The notes below the pieces were generated by a model that did no database searches, had not been told where the DNA came from, and saw nothing but the letters and a program-made list of their open reading frames with translations. Source: an uncultured Actinomycetota bacterium (lineage in GTDB: Bacteria; Actinomycetota; Humimicrobiia; Humimicrobiales; Humimicrobiaceae). Taken from it: a DNA stretch of 64,000 bases. The translations under genes were made by a program, and so were the position numbers. Shown here piece by piece: positions 47,914 through 58,090 of the stretch. How positions within the stretch are numbered: position 1 is the stretch's first letter; every line of letters begins with the position of its first letter. The DNA is taken from assembly GCA_964517765.1 (NCBI GenBank), contig CAZFEN010000001.1, forward strand, positions 34,345-98,344, read 5' to 3'.

Positions 47914-49407
47914 ATGGGGAAAATAATAATATCAAAATCAAAATATCTGGCAGGACTTCAGTGCTTAAAGTATTTTTGGTTCCTCATCAATGCCAAAGAA
48001 GAAGTCCCGCAGCCGGATTTCGTGAACAGGTTTATTTTTAATCAGGGAACCCTGGTGGGGGAATATGCAAAAAAACTATATCCAGACGGAATCGATCTGG
48101 GGAAGATAGGTGATTTAAAGGAGCAGCTGGTAAGGACCTTCGAGTTACTTTCCGAGAGAAGACCTCTGTTCGAAGCAAGCGTAAGCTCTGGAAATGTTTA
48201 CAGCAGAGCGGATATCCTTGTCCCGGTAAATACCGACAGCTGGGATATTGTAGAAGTTAAAAGCTCCACTCAGCTCAAGGAGGAATATATACCTGACGTT
48301 GCTTTTCAGAAGTACTGTTTTGAAAAAGCCGGGATCAATATCCGGAAATGCTATCTGGCATACATTAATAATCAGTATATAAAAAAAGGGGATATCGATT
48401 CGTCGAGACTATTTAAAAAAGTGGATATTACAGCGCAAGTGGATGAGACGCTGGGAGAGATAGGGAACAGGGTCCGGGAAATGCTCGAGATCGCTGCTGC
48501 AAAGAGTCCACCGGAAATAATTATTGGTAAACAATGCAGTAATCCCTACATATGTCCGCTTAAGGATAGATGCTGGAAATTCTTGCCGGACAACAATATT
48601 TTTAATTTATATGGAAATAAAGACAAAGCAATTGAATTGTACAGCGAAGGAATTCTTTCAATAAAAGACATACCTGACCGGTATGATTTAAATTTAAAAC
48701 AACAAATACAACTCGAGTGTGCAAGAACAGAAAAAACGAAAATAGACAAAGATGAAATATCGAAATTTATAAAAAAGTTTGAATACCCATTATATTTTTT
48801 TGATTTTGAGACATTCTCTACAGCTATTCCCCTGTATGATGGCCTCAAACCATATCAGAGAATTCCATTTCAGTATTCCATACATGTTCTGGAGTCTATC
48901 GATGGTAAAGCCGAACACCGTGATTTTCTTGCCAGAGGCCTGGAAGATCCGAGGGAAAGATTGCTGTCAGATTTAAAGCAGCACCTGGATGATAAGGGCA
49001 GCGTGGTTGTCTATTATGAATTATTTGAAAAAAGTGTCTTGAGAGAGCTGGCCGAAGCTTTTCCCGGATACCGGAAGTGGGTCGATTCTATAACACACAG
49101 GATAATTGATCTTTATAAGCCTTTTGGAAATTTTCACTATTATAATTCTTCCCAGAAAGGAAGTGCTTCGGTAAAAAGTGTCCTCCCGGCAATAACCGAT
49201 TTAAGTTACAATGGAATGGAAATAGGAAACGGCCTCGCTGCAAGTGTATACTTCCTTTATATTTGCGGAAGGTATAATGCAAGGGAGAGCTGTCCCGCAG
49301 AGGCAGAGGTAGAAAGGATCCGTAAATTACTAATAAAATACTGCAGGCTGGATACCGGGGGCATGATTCATATACTAAGGGGACTGATAAAAGAAACTGA
49401 GAAGTAG
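47914..49407 (+). CDS. DUF2779-type PD-(D/E)xK (RecB/Cas4-like) nuclease with cysteine cluster
   Basis: N-terminus SKSKYLAGLQCLKYFW; nuclease core DIVEVKSST; C-terminal CSNPYICPLKDRC; 12 nt after the HD gene. Confidence 0.6.
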   Translation: MGKIIISKSKYLAGLQCLKYFWFLINAKEEVPQPDFVNRFIFNQGTLVGEYAKKLYPDGIDLGKIGDLKEQLVRTFELLSERRPLFEASVSSGNVYSRADILVPVNTDSWDIVEVKSSTQLKEEYIPDVAFQKYCFEKAGINIRKCYLAYINNQYIKKGDIDSSRLFKKVDITAQVDETLGEIGNRVREMLEIAAAKSPPEIIIGKQCSNPYICPLKDRCWKFLPDNNIFNLYGNKDKAIELYSEGILSIKDIPDRYDLNLKQQIQLECARTEKTKIDKDEISKFIKKFEYPLYFFDFETFSTAIPLYDGLKPYQRIPFQYSIHVLESIDGKAEHRDFLARGLEDPRERLLSDLKQHLDDKGSVVVYYELFEKSVLRELAEAFPGYRKWVDSITHRIIDLYKPFGNFHYYNSSQKGSASVKSVLPAITDLSYNGMEIGNGLAASVYFLYICGRYNARESCPAEAEVERIRKLLIKYCRLDTGGMIHILRGLIKETEK

Positions 49408-49425
49408 ATTAAAAAATTAATTATA

Positions 49426-50298
49426 CTACTGCTTTTTCTTAACGGACATACTTAAAATTGCCAGTAAAAGAAATACTACACCGGTAATAATCAAGACAAG
49501 GATGTTTATGAATGGAGACACTTCTTTATCACCAAAGAAAAAAGTAACGCCCATCATTCTTTTGAAGTTGGTGACTACCTCTGCCGGTGCATTTGCAAAA
49601 GCTCTGGACATCGGAGTCTCCATCATAATTTGCCGGAATAAAGCCGATGCATGGCTTATGGGAAATATTTTTATTACGGTTTGTACGGCAGATGGAAATT
49701 GTCCGATCGGGATGTATATTCCGGTTAAAAAACCAATGAGGGTCCCGATTATTGTACTTACGGTAGCAAAAGCATTACTGCTTCTAAAAAATGTCACGAT
49801 AAGGAAAACCATAGATGTACCTGCAAAAACCGACAACAGCATTGCTCCGAATAATTTTAATAGTGGCATAAGCCCGAGCAAACTTCCACCGTTTGCAACG
49901 ATATAAATTTCGGCAATAATCAATGATGCAATACTCATGATAATCCCGATTATGAAAGAACTTATCACATATCCAGCCGCAAGTTGAGAACGCTTGAACG
50001 GAGCCGATAAAAAATCCTTTGAAATATTCTTTGCCTTATCTTCAACCATAATGCCGAATGCACCCAGAGTTGTGGTTATCGACGTAACCGACAGGATTCC
50101 TGCCATAACCCAGCTGTTTACAATGAAGCGTGCATTATCTCCAAGAAGATCCTTAAAATTATTGGTCATCATATTTCCCAGAAACAGTACATATAGTCCG
50201 ATAATTATAAATACGGCGAGGAATGAGAAGAATACCGAGGCTCTGTCACGAAAGAAAAGTTTCAGGTTTCTTTTGATTAAGTTAATAATAACAGTCAT
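49426..50298 (-). CDS. ABC-2 type transporter permease
   Basis: 290 aa, 6 TM, ABC-2 family layout; directly downstream of the ATPase gene. Confidence 0.75.
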   Translation of the reverse strand: MTVIINLIKRNLKLFFRDRASVFFSFLAVFIIIGLYVLFLGNMMTNNFKDLLGDNARFIVNSWVMAGILSVTSITTTLGAFGIMVEDKAKNISKDFLSAPFKRSQLAAGYVISSFIIGIIMSIASLIIAEIYIVANGGSLLGLMPLLKLFGAMLLSVFAGTSMVFLIVTFFRSSNAFATVSTIIGTLIGFLTGIYIPIGQFPSAVQTVIKIFPISHASALFRQIMMETPMSRAFANAPAEVVTNFKRMMGVTFFFGDKEVSPFINILVLIITGVVFLLLAILSMSVKKKQ

Positions 50299-51228
50299 TT
50301 AATCAGCATCCTCTCTAATAGCAAATCCTGTTATTTTTACAAAAGCATCGTCCATACTGCCGCTTATAACCTCAAAGCCCGATATCAAATTTTCCACCTT
50401 ATTTACAAGCGGCAACGCATCGAGGGTGTTTGAGATAAAGACCACAAAAGCTCCGCCGGATATAACGAATTTGATTTTTTGATTATTTAAAAATAAGCTT
50501 AATCTGTCGCTATCTTTAGGAATGAGCCGTAAAGTGTCAGTACTGTATTTTGCCCGCAGTTCCGAAGGGGTGCCTTTGGCTGAGATCAGGCCGTTGTCAA
50601 TAATCGCAACATAATCAGCTTTTGCGGCTTCCTCCATATAATGAGTGGTAAGAAATACCGTCATCCCGGTCCCTTTTTGCAGATTACGGATCGTGTCCCA
50701 GACACTTTTTCTTGTCTGAGGGTCAAGGCCTGTGGTAGGTTCATCCAGAAATAGAATTTCTGGTTTATTTACCAGTGATCTTGCTATATCGGCTCTTCGG
50801 CGTTGTCCACCGGACAACTTACCGTAGGGACGATTACGGAAGCTTTCAACGTCTGCGGATTTCATGGCACTCTGTACCGCAGTTTTTAACTCTTTATGAG
50901 ACAATCCATAAAAACTGCCCCGGGTATAAAGATTTTCTCTGACCGTCAGCAGGCTATCCAGAATATTATCCTGAAAGACAATCCCGATATTTTTCCGGAT
51001 TTTATCGTCCTCTTTGCCAAGCACATAGTCACAAACTGTCACTTTACCGCTATCGGGTTTGAGAAGAGTACAGATGATATCGATAGTAGTGGTTTTTCCT
51101 GCACCGTTAGGCCCAAGAAATGCAAACAACTCTCCTTCATTTACATGGAAGTCTATGCCTCTTACCGCTTTAACTTTTCCATAATATTTTGTCAGATTGC
51201 TGACTTTTATTATTTGTGACGAAGACAT
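50299..51228 (-). CDS. ABC transporter ATP-binding protein
   Basis: Walker A GPNGAGKTT, signature LSGGQRRR, Walker B ILFLDEPTTGLD. Confidence 0.9.
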   Translation of the reverse strand: MSSSQIIKVSNLTKYYGKVKAVRGIDFHVNEGELFAFLGPNGAGKTTTIDIICTLLKPDSGKVTVCDYVLGKEDDKIRKNIGIVFQDNILDSLLTVRENLYTRGSFYGLSHKELKTAVQSAMKSADVESFRNRPYGKLSGGQRRRADIARSLVNKPEILFLDEPTTGLDPQTRKSVWDTIRNLQKGTGMTVFLTTHYMEEAAKADYVAIIDNGLISAKGTPSELRAKYSTDTLRLIPKDSDRLSLFLNNQKIKFVISGGAFVVFISNTLDALPLVNKVENLISGFEVISGSMDDAFVKITGFAIREDAD

Positions 51229-51421
51229 ATCAATATTAAAAATTAAATGTATAAGATTATTAAGAGCATTTTTTAACTTTAGCGCTACCGGATTTTATAA
51301 TGATGTACGGTTTTTATAATATGCTCCTTATTATTAGAGGAAATTATACATTATATTTTGTCTATTACAATAAATAAAAATACTTTAGAAGATTCTGCAT
51401 ATTCATACTATAATATAAGAT

Positions 51422-52006
51422 ATGGAAGTTTATAATACTATAATATCAAGAAGGACCATAAGAAAATTCAAACAAAAACCCGTAAAGCTTTCGGTTTTAA
51501 AAAGATTGGTCAATGCGGGAAGACTGGCACCATCTGCAGGGAACCTGCAACCGTTGGAATATATCGTTACCGTAGATGATACTATTAGAGAGAAGATTTT
51601 CCCCCATGTAAGGTGGGCAAGATATATTGCACCTGAAGGAAATCCCAAAGAAGATGAGAGACCGACGGCATATATAATAATCCTGATAAATAAAGAAAAT
51701 TTGCTGGTTCCATTTTATAAATATGATGTTGGCGCAAGTGCCGAAAATATTACCCTTGCGGCTCTGGAAGAGGGAATAGGCTGCTGCTGGATAGGATCTT
51801 TCGATAGAAAAAAAATCAAAAATATTTTAAAAATAACTGATGACTACGACATCGATCTCATTCTCGCACTCGGGTACCCATTGGAAGATCCCGGCTATTA
51901 TGATATTGAAAAAGATAAATCCATTAAATATCACAAAGATAATTCAGGCAGACTGCATGTACCAAAAAAGAAATTGGATGATATTATTCATATAGACCAT
52001 TTATAG
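51422..52006 (+). CDS. nitroreductase-family protein
   Basis: 194 aa; N-terminal RRTIRKF FMN-binding motif. Confidence 0.75.
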   Translation: MEVYNTIISRRTIRKFKQKPVKLSVLKRLVNAGRLAPSAGNLQPLEYIVTVDDTIREKIFPHVRWARYIAPEGNPKEDERPTAYIIILINKENLLVPFYKYDVGASAENITLAALEEGIGCCWIGSFDRKKIKNILKITDDYDIDLILALGYPLEDPGYYDIEKDKSIKYHKDNSGRLHVPKKKLDDIIHIDHL

Positions 52007-52007
52007 G

Positions 52008-54128
52008 TTATTTAGCAGAGTTCTTCCCTTTGATAATCTCAAAAAATTTTTCTATAAGATATGGATCAAATTGAGTACCCGCACATCTTTCTAATTCCTT
52101 TAGTGCCTCTTCTTTGGATATACCCTTACTATAGGGTCTATCACTTATCATGGCATCATAGGCATCGGTAATTGCGAGAATCCTGGATATAATTGGAATT
52201 TTGCCGCCTTTCAGACCACCTGGATACCCGGAACCGTCCCACCTTTCATGATGGTATAATATCCCGGGCGCTATTTGTGCCAGATCGGGTGATGATTCGA
52301 CTATACGGTAACCGATCTCTGAATGTTTTTTCATTACTTCCCATTCTTCGGGGGTCAGTTTACCGGGTTTTAAAACTATATTATCGGGTATGGAAATCTT
52401 ACCAATATCATGAAGCATTGCCAGTAGCTTTAATTTGTTAAGCTCAATAATATCCAGATTTATTTTTTTACCCAGTAACACACTTAATCTTATCAATCTT
52501 TCCGCATGTTCTTTTGTTTCGTAATCTCTTTCTTCCAATACTTTTTTTAGGGATAAAATCAATGTACTTCGCATACTTTTACCTTCGGATAATTTATATT
52601 CAAACATTGTATTTTCGGCTTCTTTTACCACATCATTGATGTTTTGATCGCTGCTTTTTTTTAACGAGAACCCAAAAGTTACATTCAGGGGCATGATAGT
52701 AGTGCTACTTTTTTTACAATCCCTTAACATTTTACTTATTATCTTTAAAGCATCTGCCTTTTCTGTTTTTTGTAGTATTATTGCAAATTCATCTCCCCCG
52801 TAACGACACAAAGCACCCTTATCATGCAGGCTGTGCTTTAAAATTCTGGCTGTTTTTTTTATCAATTCATCTCCTTTTGCCCGTCCAAATGTATCATTTA
52901 TTATTTTCAGGCCATTTATATCTCCGAGAATAATACAAATTGGAAGCTGTTTCTTTTTGTCTACTCTCATCAATTCTTCTTCAAAGAAATACTGGTTGAA
53001 AATATTCGTCAACCGGTCGTGATAAGATTGATAGTATAGTTGTTTTTCTTTTTCTTTTCTGATAGTTATATCATTCATAATCAATAGTTTTCCCATGGTT
53101 TTCCTGTAATAATTAAAAACAGTTGATGCTCTGGCATTATAATATCTGACATGCTTATTGATTATTAATTCGATATCACTTTCAAAATTTTTGATTTTAA
53201 AGTTTAACAAAGAATCCAAAAGTTTTTTTAATTTCTCTTTTTCAGGCGTTAGATAAGAAAGTTTGCTTACTACGCAATTAATGTCTTTTTTTCTTGTTTT
53301 ATCATATTTACAACCTTCCTCGATGATGTCATCAGCCAGATTATTCTGCTCAACGACCCGACCATCATTATTGAATAAAAAAATCGCATCACCGATATTA
53401 CTCATTATTTTCCCTTTTAAAGTCATTATAAAGTTGGAATAAACAAGAAATAAACTGAAAGAAATGAAACCATATAGAAAGATAATGGCCAATTCGCTTA
53501 AAGGCATTATTTTTAGTATAGCAAGTTCCATCAGTACCTGTATTATCGAAGTTCCGATAAAATAAACCAGAAGTCCTGTAAACAAGTAATACATTTGCTG
53601 ATTGGTCTGCCTGATTCTGAATTTACGATACATGTTCTTGCCCGTCAAAAACAAGGTGCCAAGACCGATAGGCGCTATATAAAAAGCACCTATATATTTA
53701 AAAAAAGGTGAATATATAATGTATCCATAAAAAACACTTTTAGTACCGATTTGATCATATACCAGAAGAAGTATAAATATTACCACGGCTGTGAGATATG
53801 CTGCCACGAGTTGGACATAGACCCTGTATTTTTTGTAGTCTTCGATCTGTGTGAATCTTATTACCAGATGAAGAACAATTGCGGGAATTAAAAGAGTAGT
53901 CAGGGTCAATATTCTCGCAGATAAAATTAAAAGGTTTATTGCGGAAAAGCCCCAGAGCAGTATTATATTAAAGATAGAAAAAACAAAAACATTGACTGAT
54001 AGTATAATAAAAGGAACATTGTTTTTCTTTATGGTTTCTCTGCTGGCAATCATAAATACTGAGATCGGAATAAATACCAAACTTAATGCCGACATAGAAA
54101 CAGTTAACGCCCAGACTATTTTTTCCAT
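52008..54128 (-). CDS. polytopic membrane sensor with GGDEF and canonical HD-GYP domains
   Basis: 706 aa; about 7 N-terminal TM helices; GGDEF (RYGGDEFAIIL); HD-GYP (LHDIGK, HHERWDGSGYPGG). Confidence 0.8.
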   Translation of the reverse strand: MEKIVWALTVSMSALSLVFIPISVFMIASRETIKKNNVPFIILSVNVFVFSIFNIILLWGFSAINLLILSARILTLTTLLIPAIVLHLVIRFTQIEDYKKYRVYVQLVAAYLTAVVIFILLLVYDQIGTKSVFYGYIIYSPFFKYIGAFYIAPIGLGTLFLTGKNMYRKFRIRQTNQQMYYLFTGLLVYFIGTSIIQVLMELAILKIMPLSELAIIFLYGFISFSLFLVYSNFIMTLKGKIMSNIGDAIFLFNNDGRVVEQNNLADDIIEEGCKYDKTRKKDINCVVSKLSYLTPEKEKLKKLLDSLLNFKIKNFESDIELIINKHVRYYNARASTVFNYYRKTMGKLLIMNDITIRKEKEKQLYYQSYHDRLTNIFNQYFFEEELMRVDKKKQLPICIILGDINGLKIINDTFGRAKGDELIKKTARILKHSLHDKGALCRYGGDEFAIILQKTEKADALKIISKMLRDCKKSSTTIMPLNVTFGFSLKKSSDQNINDVVKEAENTMFEYKLSEGKSMRSTLILSLKKVLEERDYETKEHAERLIRLSVLLGKKINLDIIELNKLKLLAMLHDIGKISIPDNIVLKPGKLTPEEWEVMKKHSEIGYRIVESSPDLAQIAPGILYHHERWDGSGYPGGLKGGKIPIISRILAITDAYDAMISDRPYSKGISKEEALKELERCAGTQFDPYLIEKFFEIIKGKNSAK

Positions 54129-54414
54129 AGTATTTTAATGTTTTATATAATTTTTAATACTTGTATCAATATTTATATATATATTATAAATAAATAATCA
54201 CTTTTATTCAACTGATGAAAATTTTTGTATATTTTTCTTATACTATCTATTCCTGCGAATCCTGCAGAACCTGAAATTTCACGTAAAAGAAACTGATGTA
54301 AAGCATAGTTCTGGTATGGTTTAAAATAAGATATAAGAAATTTAAGAATACCTTGCATTGTATAATACCTTGTGGTATTATGCATTTATTAAATTATAGA
54401 AAGGGTGTGATATT

Positions 54415-54738
54415 ATGAATATTCAGTTTAAAAAGGGAGTGCTGGAATTGTGTGCCCTTGCTCTACTTGCCAAAAAAAACAGGTATGGCTATGAGCTGGT
54501 AAATGAGATCTCAAAGACCATTTCCATTTCGGAAGGGACAATATATCCGCTTCTGAGACGGCTTAAGAATGACGGATATGTAACCACTTATCTTGAGGAA
54601 TCAAGTGAAGGAGCTCCGAGGAAGTATTATCAGTTGACCAAATCAGGGAAAGAAATGGAAAAAGAATTGAAAAAAGAATGGTTGACTTTTGTTAAACAAG
54701 TAAACAGTTTTATAAAAGGTGGTGTAAAAAATGAATAA
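54415..54738 (+). CDS. PadR-family transcriptional regulator
   Basis: 107 aa; winged-helix motif [11 protein letters not shown]...[16 protein letters not shown]. Confidence 0.85.
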   Translation: MNIQFKKGVLELCALALLAKKNRYGYELVNEISKTISISEGTIYPLLRRLKNDGYVTTYLEESSEGAPRKYYQLTKSGKEMEKELKKEWLTFVKQVNSFIKGGVKNE

Positions 54739-55306
54739 AAAGGATTTTATAAATAAGCTATCGTCATACCTGGGAGGAGTTCCTGCGGAAGAAAGACAGG
54801 ATGTAATAAATGATATTGAAGAGCATTTTAAAGAAGCAATATCGGAAGGAAGGACAGAGGAAGAGATTTCGGATTCTCTTGGAGATCCAAAAGCTCTGGC
54901 CAATCAATTTAAAGCAAATATTCTGGTAAACAAGGCGGAAAAAACCACATCTGCAATAAATATAACCAGAGCGGTACTTGCTACACTCGGACTTGGATTT
55001 TTTAATTTAATGTTTGTACTGGGTCCGTTTATTGGTATTGTTGCAGTGTTGTTCTCCTTATTTGCTTCGGCAATTGCCATTACAGCTTCGGGAATTGCGG
55101 TATTTTTCGCTTCGATTTTTGGACCGCTGGTTCCTCAGTATTTTGCTGTTTTGATCAATCCGGCCGTATCGATATTTGCTTCGATAGGGGTAACACTTTT
55201 TGGGATCCTGTTCTTTATCGGTGATATATATGTGGCAAAGTGGATATACAGGTTGTTTGTGAGGTACATAAAGTTTAATTTGAGAATTATAACCGGGAAG
55301 GAGTAA
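54731..55306 (+). CDS. DUF1700 membrane protein (PadR-associated sensor-like)
   Basis: N-terminus [31 protein letters not shown] typical of DUF1700; C-terminal TM helices; overlaps PadR by 8 nt. Confidence 0.7.
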   Translation: MNKKDFINKLSSYLGGVPAEERQDVINDIEEHFKEAISEGRTEEEISDSLGDPKALANQFKANILVNKAEKTTSAINITRAVLATLGLGFFNLMFVLGPFIGIVAVLFSLFASAIAITASGIAVFFASIFGPLVPQYFAVLINPAVSIFASIGVTLFGILFFIGDIYVAKWIYRLFVRYIKFNLRIITGKE

Positions 55307-55309
55307 AAA

Positions 55310-56212
55310 ATGAAATTCAATATAAAAAGATTTGTCATTTGGATCACTGTTTTTATGTTTGCGGCTTTTATTACCGCAGGTATTATTCTGGCGGTAACGG
55401 GAAATATAGCACTGGCTGTTGAGCAAATCGATGAATCCAAGACTTTTGAGGCACAGGGAATAAATAAAATTTATGTGGATCTGGTAAGTACTGATATCAA
55501 AGTCATCCCCACTGATGAAGAAGAAATCACTGTGCATCTTTATGGAGAGGTTTCAACAAATAAAGATATGGAGTTGCCGTCTCTTGTGGCGTACCAATCA
55601 GGAGACGAATTGCGTATAGAGATAATTCAGAAAAAAATGATTTTTTTTGGAATCAACATTTGGAGAACGAAACTTGATATATATATTCCGGAAGATTCCA
55701 TAGAAGTTTTTAAAGCCGATACTACGTCGTCTGATATGGATGTAAGCACTCTAAAGGTCAATGAATTTGAATTTAACAGCGTATCCGGAGATTTTAAAGG
55801 TGAATCATTGTCCGCAAATGACATCAAACTCAAATCTACTTCAGGAGATATCAGTCTGAATGATTACACCGGAGACGTGGATGTCGATTTGATTTCCGGA
55901 GATGCTGTGCTGGAGAATGGTGGTCAGAATGAGAATATTAAGATAGGTACAGTATCAGGAGATATTTATATAGAACAGGAAGATGCCAGTAATATAAATG
56001 TCAGAGTGACCTCAGGTGACATAGAGATCAATCTTTCTGAAGATGCTCAATTTTTTTTGAATGCAAAAACTGTATCCGGTCATATTGAGAACACATTTCC
56101 AATAAAAATAACTTCTTCGGGCAGGAGAAATCTCGAAGGTGTTGTTGGAAGTGGTGAAAAGCAGATCGATGTCAGTACCACTTCTGGCGATATAAGCTTA
56201 AATTACAATTAA
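55310..56212 (+). CDS. DUF4097 (putative adhesin / beta-helix repeat) protein
   Basis: Repeated SGDI/SGDF strand motifs; N-terminal TM; third member of the PadR-DUF1700-DUF4097 triad. Confidence 0.65.
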   Translation: MKFNIKRFVIWITVFMFAAFITAGIILAVTGNIALAVEQIDESKTFEAQGINKIYVDLVSTDIKVIPTDEEEITVHLYGEVSTNKDMELPSLVAYQSGDELRIEIIQKKMIFFGINIWRTKLDIYIPEDSIEVFKADTTSSDMDVSTLKVNEFEFNSVSGDFKGESLSANDIKLKSTSGDISLNDYTGDVDVDLISGDAVLENGGQNENIKIGTVSGDIYIEQEDASNINVRVTSGDIEINLSEDAQFFLNAKTVSGHIENTFPIKITSSGRRNLEGVVGSGEKQIDVSTTSGDISLNYN

Positions 56213-56258
56213 ATATGTGAAAATTAATAAATATCTAAAAGAGAAAAAAGGAGAATAA

Positions 56259-57017
56259 ATGAACAGTATAAACAAAAAAAACCGGATCAGCAATATAGTA
56301 AGAATAGTATTTATACTTGCCCTGATAAGTATGCTGGCTATCTTTGCGGTATCCTGCAAATGGACAGTAGGTTTTGTCAGAGGATCAGGAAATGTTATAG
56401 CCGAAGAAAGGGATGTATCAGATTTCCACAAGATACACCTTTCGGGAGTAGGTAATTTGATTATCACACAGGGAGAAGTGGAGTCGCTAACAATAGAAGC
56501 AGACGATAATATAGTTCCTATTATTGAAGCTGATGTTTTCGGGGACGAATTAAATATTAGTTTCAAAAGAGGCTATACCTTTATACCATCCGCTACAATA
56601 AAATTCTACCTGACCGTAGCGGACCTTGATGAGATTTCTCTGAGCGGAGCCGGAAATATCGATTGCGAGGGTTTCGAGACCGAAGTCCTGCAGTTCGATG
56701 TCAGCGGGGCAGGTGATTTGGACTTTGATCTTGATGCTGAAAGAGTTGAAGTTGTCGTATCCGGAGCGGGCAATATAATCCTGAGCGGTAAAGTCGACAG
56801 TCAGGAAATAGAGATAAATGGTGCAGGAAAATACGATGGCGAGGACCTTGAAAGCAGGGAGTGTGCAATTACAGTTTCGGGTGCAGGCAGCGCCACAGTT
56901 AATGTCAGCGAATTACTCGATGTTGAAATCAATGGAGTCGGAAATGTTTATTATGCCGGAAGTCCGAGTGTGACACAGGATATTTCGGGGCTGGGTAAAA
57001 TAAAGAGTATAGAATAA
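56259..57017 (+). CDS. DUF2807-like (GIN-domain, head-of-autotransporter-like) lipoprotein
   Basis: Lipobox (AVSCKW); repeated SGAGN(I/L) motifs. Confidence 0.6.
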   Translation: MNSINKKNRISNIVRIVFILALISMLAIFAVSCKWTVGFVRGSGNVIAEERDVSDFHKIHLSGVGNLIITQGEVESLTIEADDNIVPIIEADVFGDELNISFKRGYTFIPSATIKFYLTVADLDEISLSGAGNIDCEGFETEVLQFDVSGAGDLDFDLDAERVEVVVSGAGNIILSGKVDSQEIEINGAGKYDGEDLESRECAITVSGAGSATVNVSELLDVEINGVGNVYYAGSPSVTQDISGLGKIKSIE

Positions 57018-57093
57018 ATACGGTTATTCTTGGGAAAGGTTTGGAGGAGTTTAAATCTCAATTAAAATTAATTAAAATAAAAAAGGAGTAAAA

Positions 57094-57540
57094 ATGACAG
57101 AAATGGATGAAACAGAATTAAAAGAAGGAAAAAAGCAGCTCGAGGGAGTAGTGATATTATGCTGGGTATTAACTATCATTACCGGGCTGGCAATATTTTC
57201 AGGATTTGGCTGGGGTCATTTTGGGATCCTAAGCAATTGGGTTAATGGTCCATTCACCCTGTGGTTTGAAGGCCCATTTACTCTGAATACCGTAACTGAT
57301 GTTATCAGAAACCTGGTAAGTCTTCCTTTCAGAATGGTGTATTCTTTGATTATGCCGGCATTGTATATAGCGGAGCTTATAGGTATTTACCAGAGAAAAT
57401 CTTTTGCTGTTCCTCTCGGTAGAGCGGTTCTGGTAATTACAATGGTGTTCTTTTTCCCGGTAGGAACCATCATAGGTGCGATTCTGTGGAAAAGATTCAA
57501 TAATCCTATTTCAAAAAAATATTTGAATTATGAGATTTAA
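57094..57540 (+). CDS. hypothetical 4-TM membrane protein
   Basis: 148-aa ORF, RBS AAAGGAG, hydrophobic helices. Confidence 0.5.
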   Translation: MTEMDETELKEGKKQLEGVVILCWVLTIITGLAIFSGFGWGHFGILSNWVNGPFTLWFEGPFTLNTVTDVIRNLVSLPFRMVYSLIMPALYIAELIGIYQRKSFAVPLGRAVLVITMVFFFPVGTIIGAILWKRFNNPISKKYLNYEI

Positions 57541-57594
57541 TCCGGCAGTGATCAGTTTAAAATTAAAACATAAAAAATAAGGGAGGATGCAACA

Positions 57595-57891
57595 ATGAAT
57601 GACACGAAGATGGACGAAGAAAAGTATAAAATAGCAAAGAAGAGAGTCGAAGAAATCAAAGGTTTTTATGGACACTTATTCGCCTACATAGGAGTAAACG
57701 TAGTATTAATAACAATTAATCTGGTTACAAGCCCTTTTTCTATCTGGTTTTACTGGGTAACAGTTTTCTGGGGGATCGGCGTTTTCTGGCATGCTATGGG
57801 AGTTTTCGTATTCAGTAAATTTACCGGTATTAGCTGGGAGAAAAGGAAGATAGAAGAAATCATGGGAGAAATGGACAAAAAGACAAAGTAA
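57595..57891 (+). CDS. 2TM-domain small membrane protein
   Basis: 98 aa; KRVEEIKGFYGHLFAYIGVNVVLITINL pattern of the 2TM family; RBS GGGAGGA. Confidence 0.6.
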   Translation: MNDTKMDEEKYKIAKKRVEEIKGFYGHLFAYIGVNVVLITINLVTSPFSIWFYWVTVFWGIGVFWHAMGVFVFSKFTGISWEKRKIEEIMGEMDKKTK

Positions 57892-57926
57892 TTTTATTAA
57901 TTTCTTTTATTAAAAATTATCATGAT

Positions 57927-57962
57927 TAGGGGTTCGATTAAATCGAACCTCTAATATTTTTG
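57927..57962 (+). terminator. near-perfect 12-bp-arm hairpin (AGGGGTTCGATT-A-AATCGAACCTCT) followed by a T-rich tract; terminator of the PadR-module operon
   Basis: Palindrome read from sequence 35 nt after the stop at 57891. Confidence 0.5.
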
Positions 57963-58090
57963 GAAGATATGTTTGAAAAGGCATGCAATGAATAGTCATA
58001 TTGGCAATTAATAAATAAACAATTATAATGATTGAAAATTGCTGAACTTAAAATCGTGACTATTTTTTATTATTTTCCGGATACAAGAAA

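Noticed and set aside
54173-54385. 70-aa minus-strand ORF
   Set aside because: Sits in the divergent promoter region between the GGDEF/HD-GYP gene and padR; no RBS and implausible composition.
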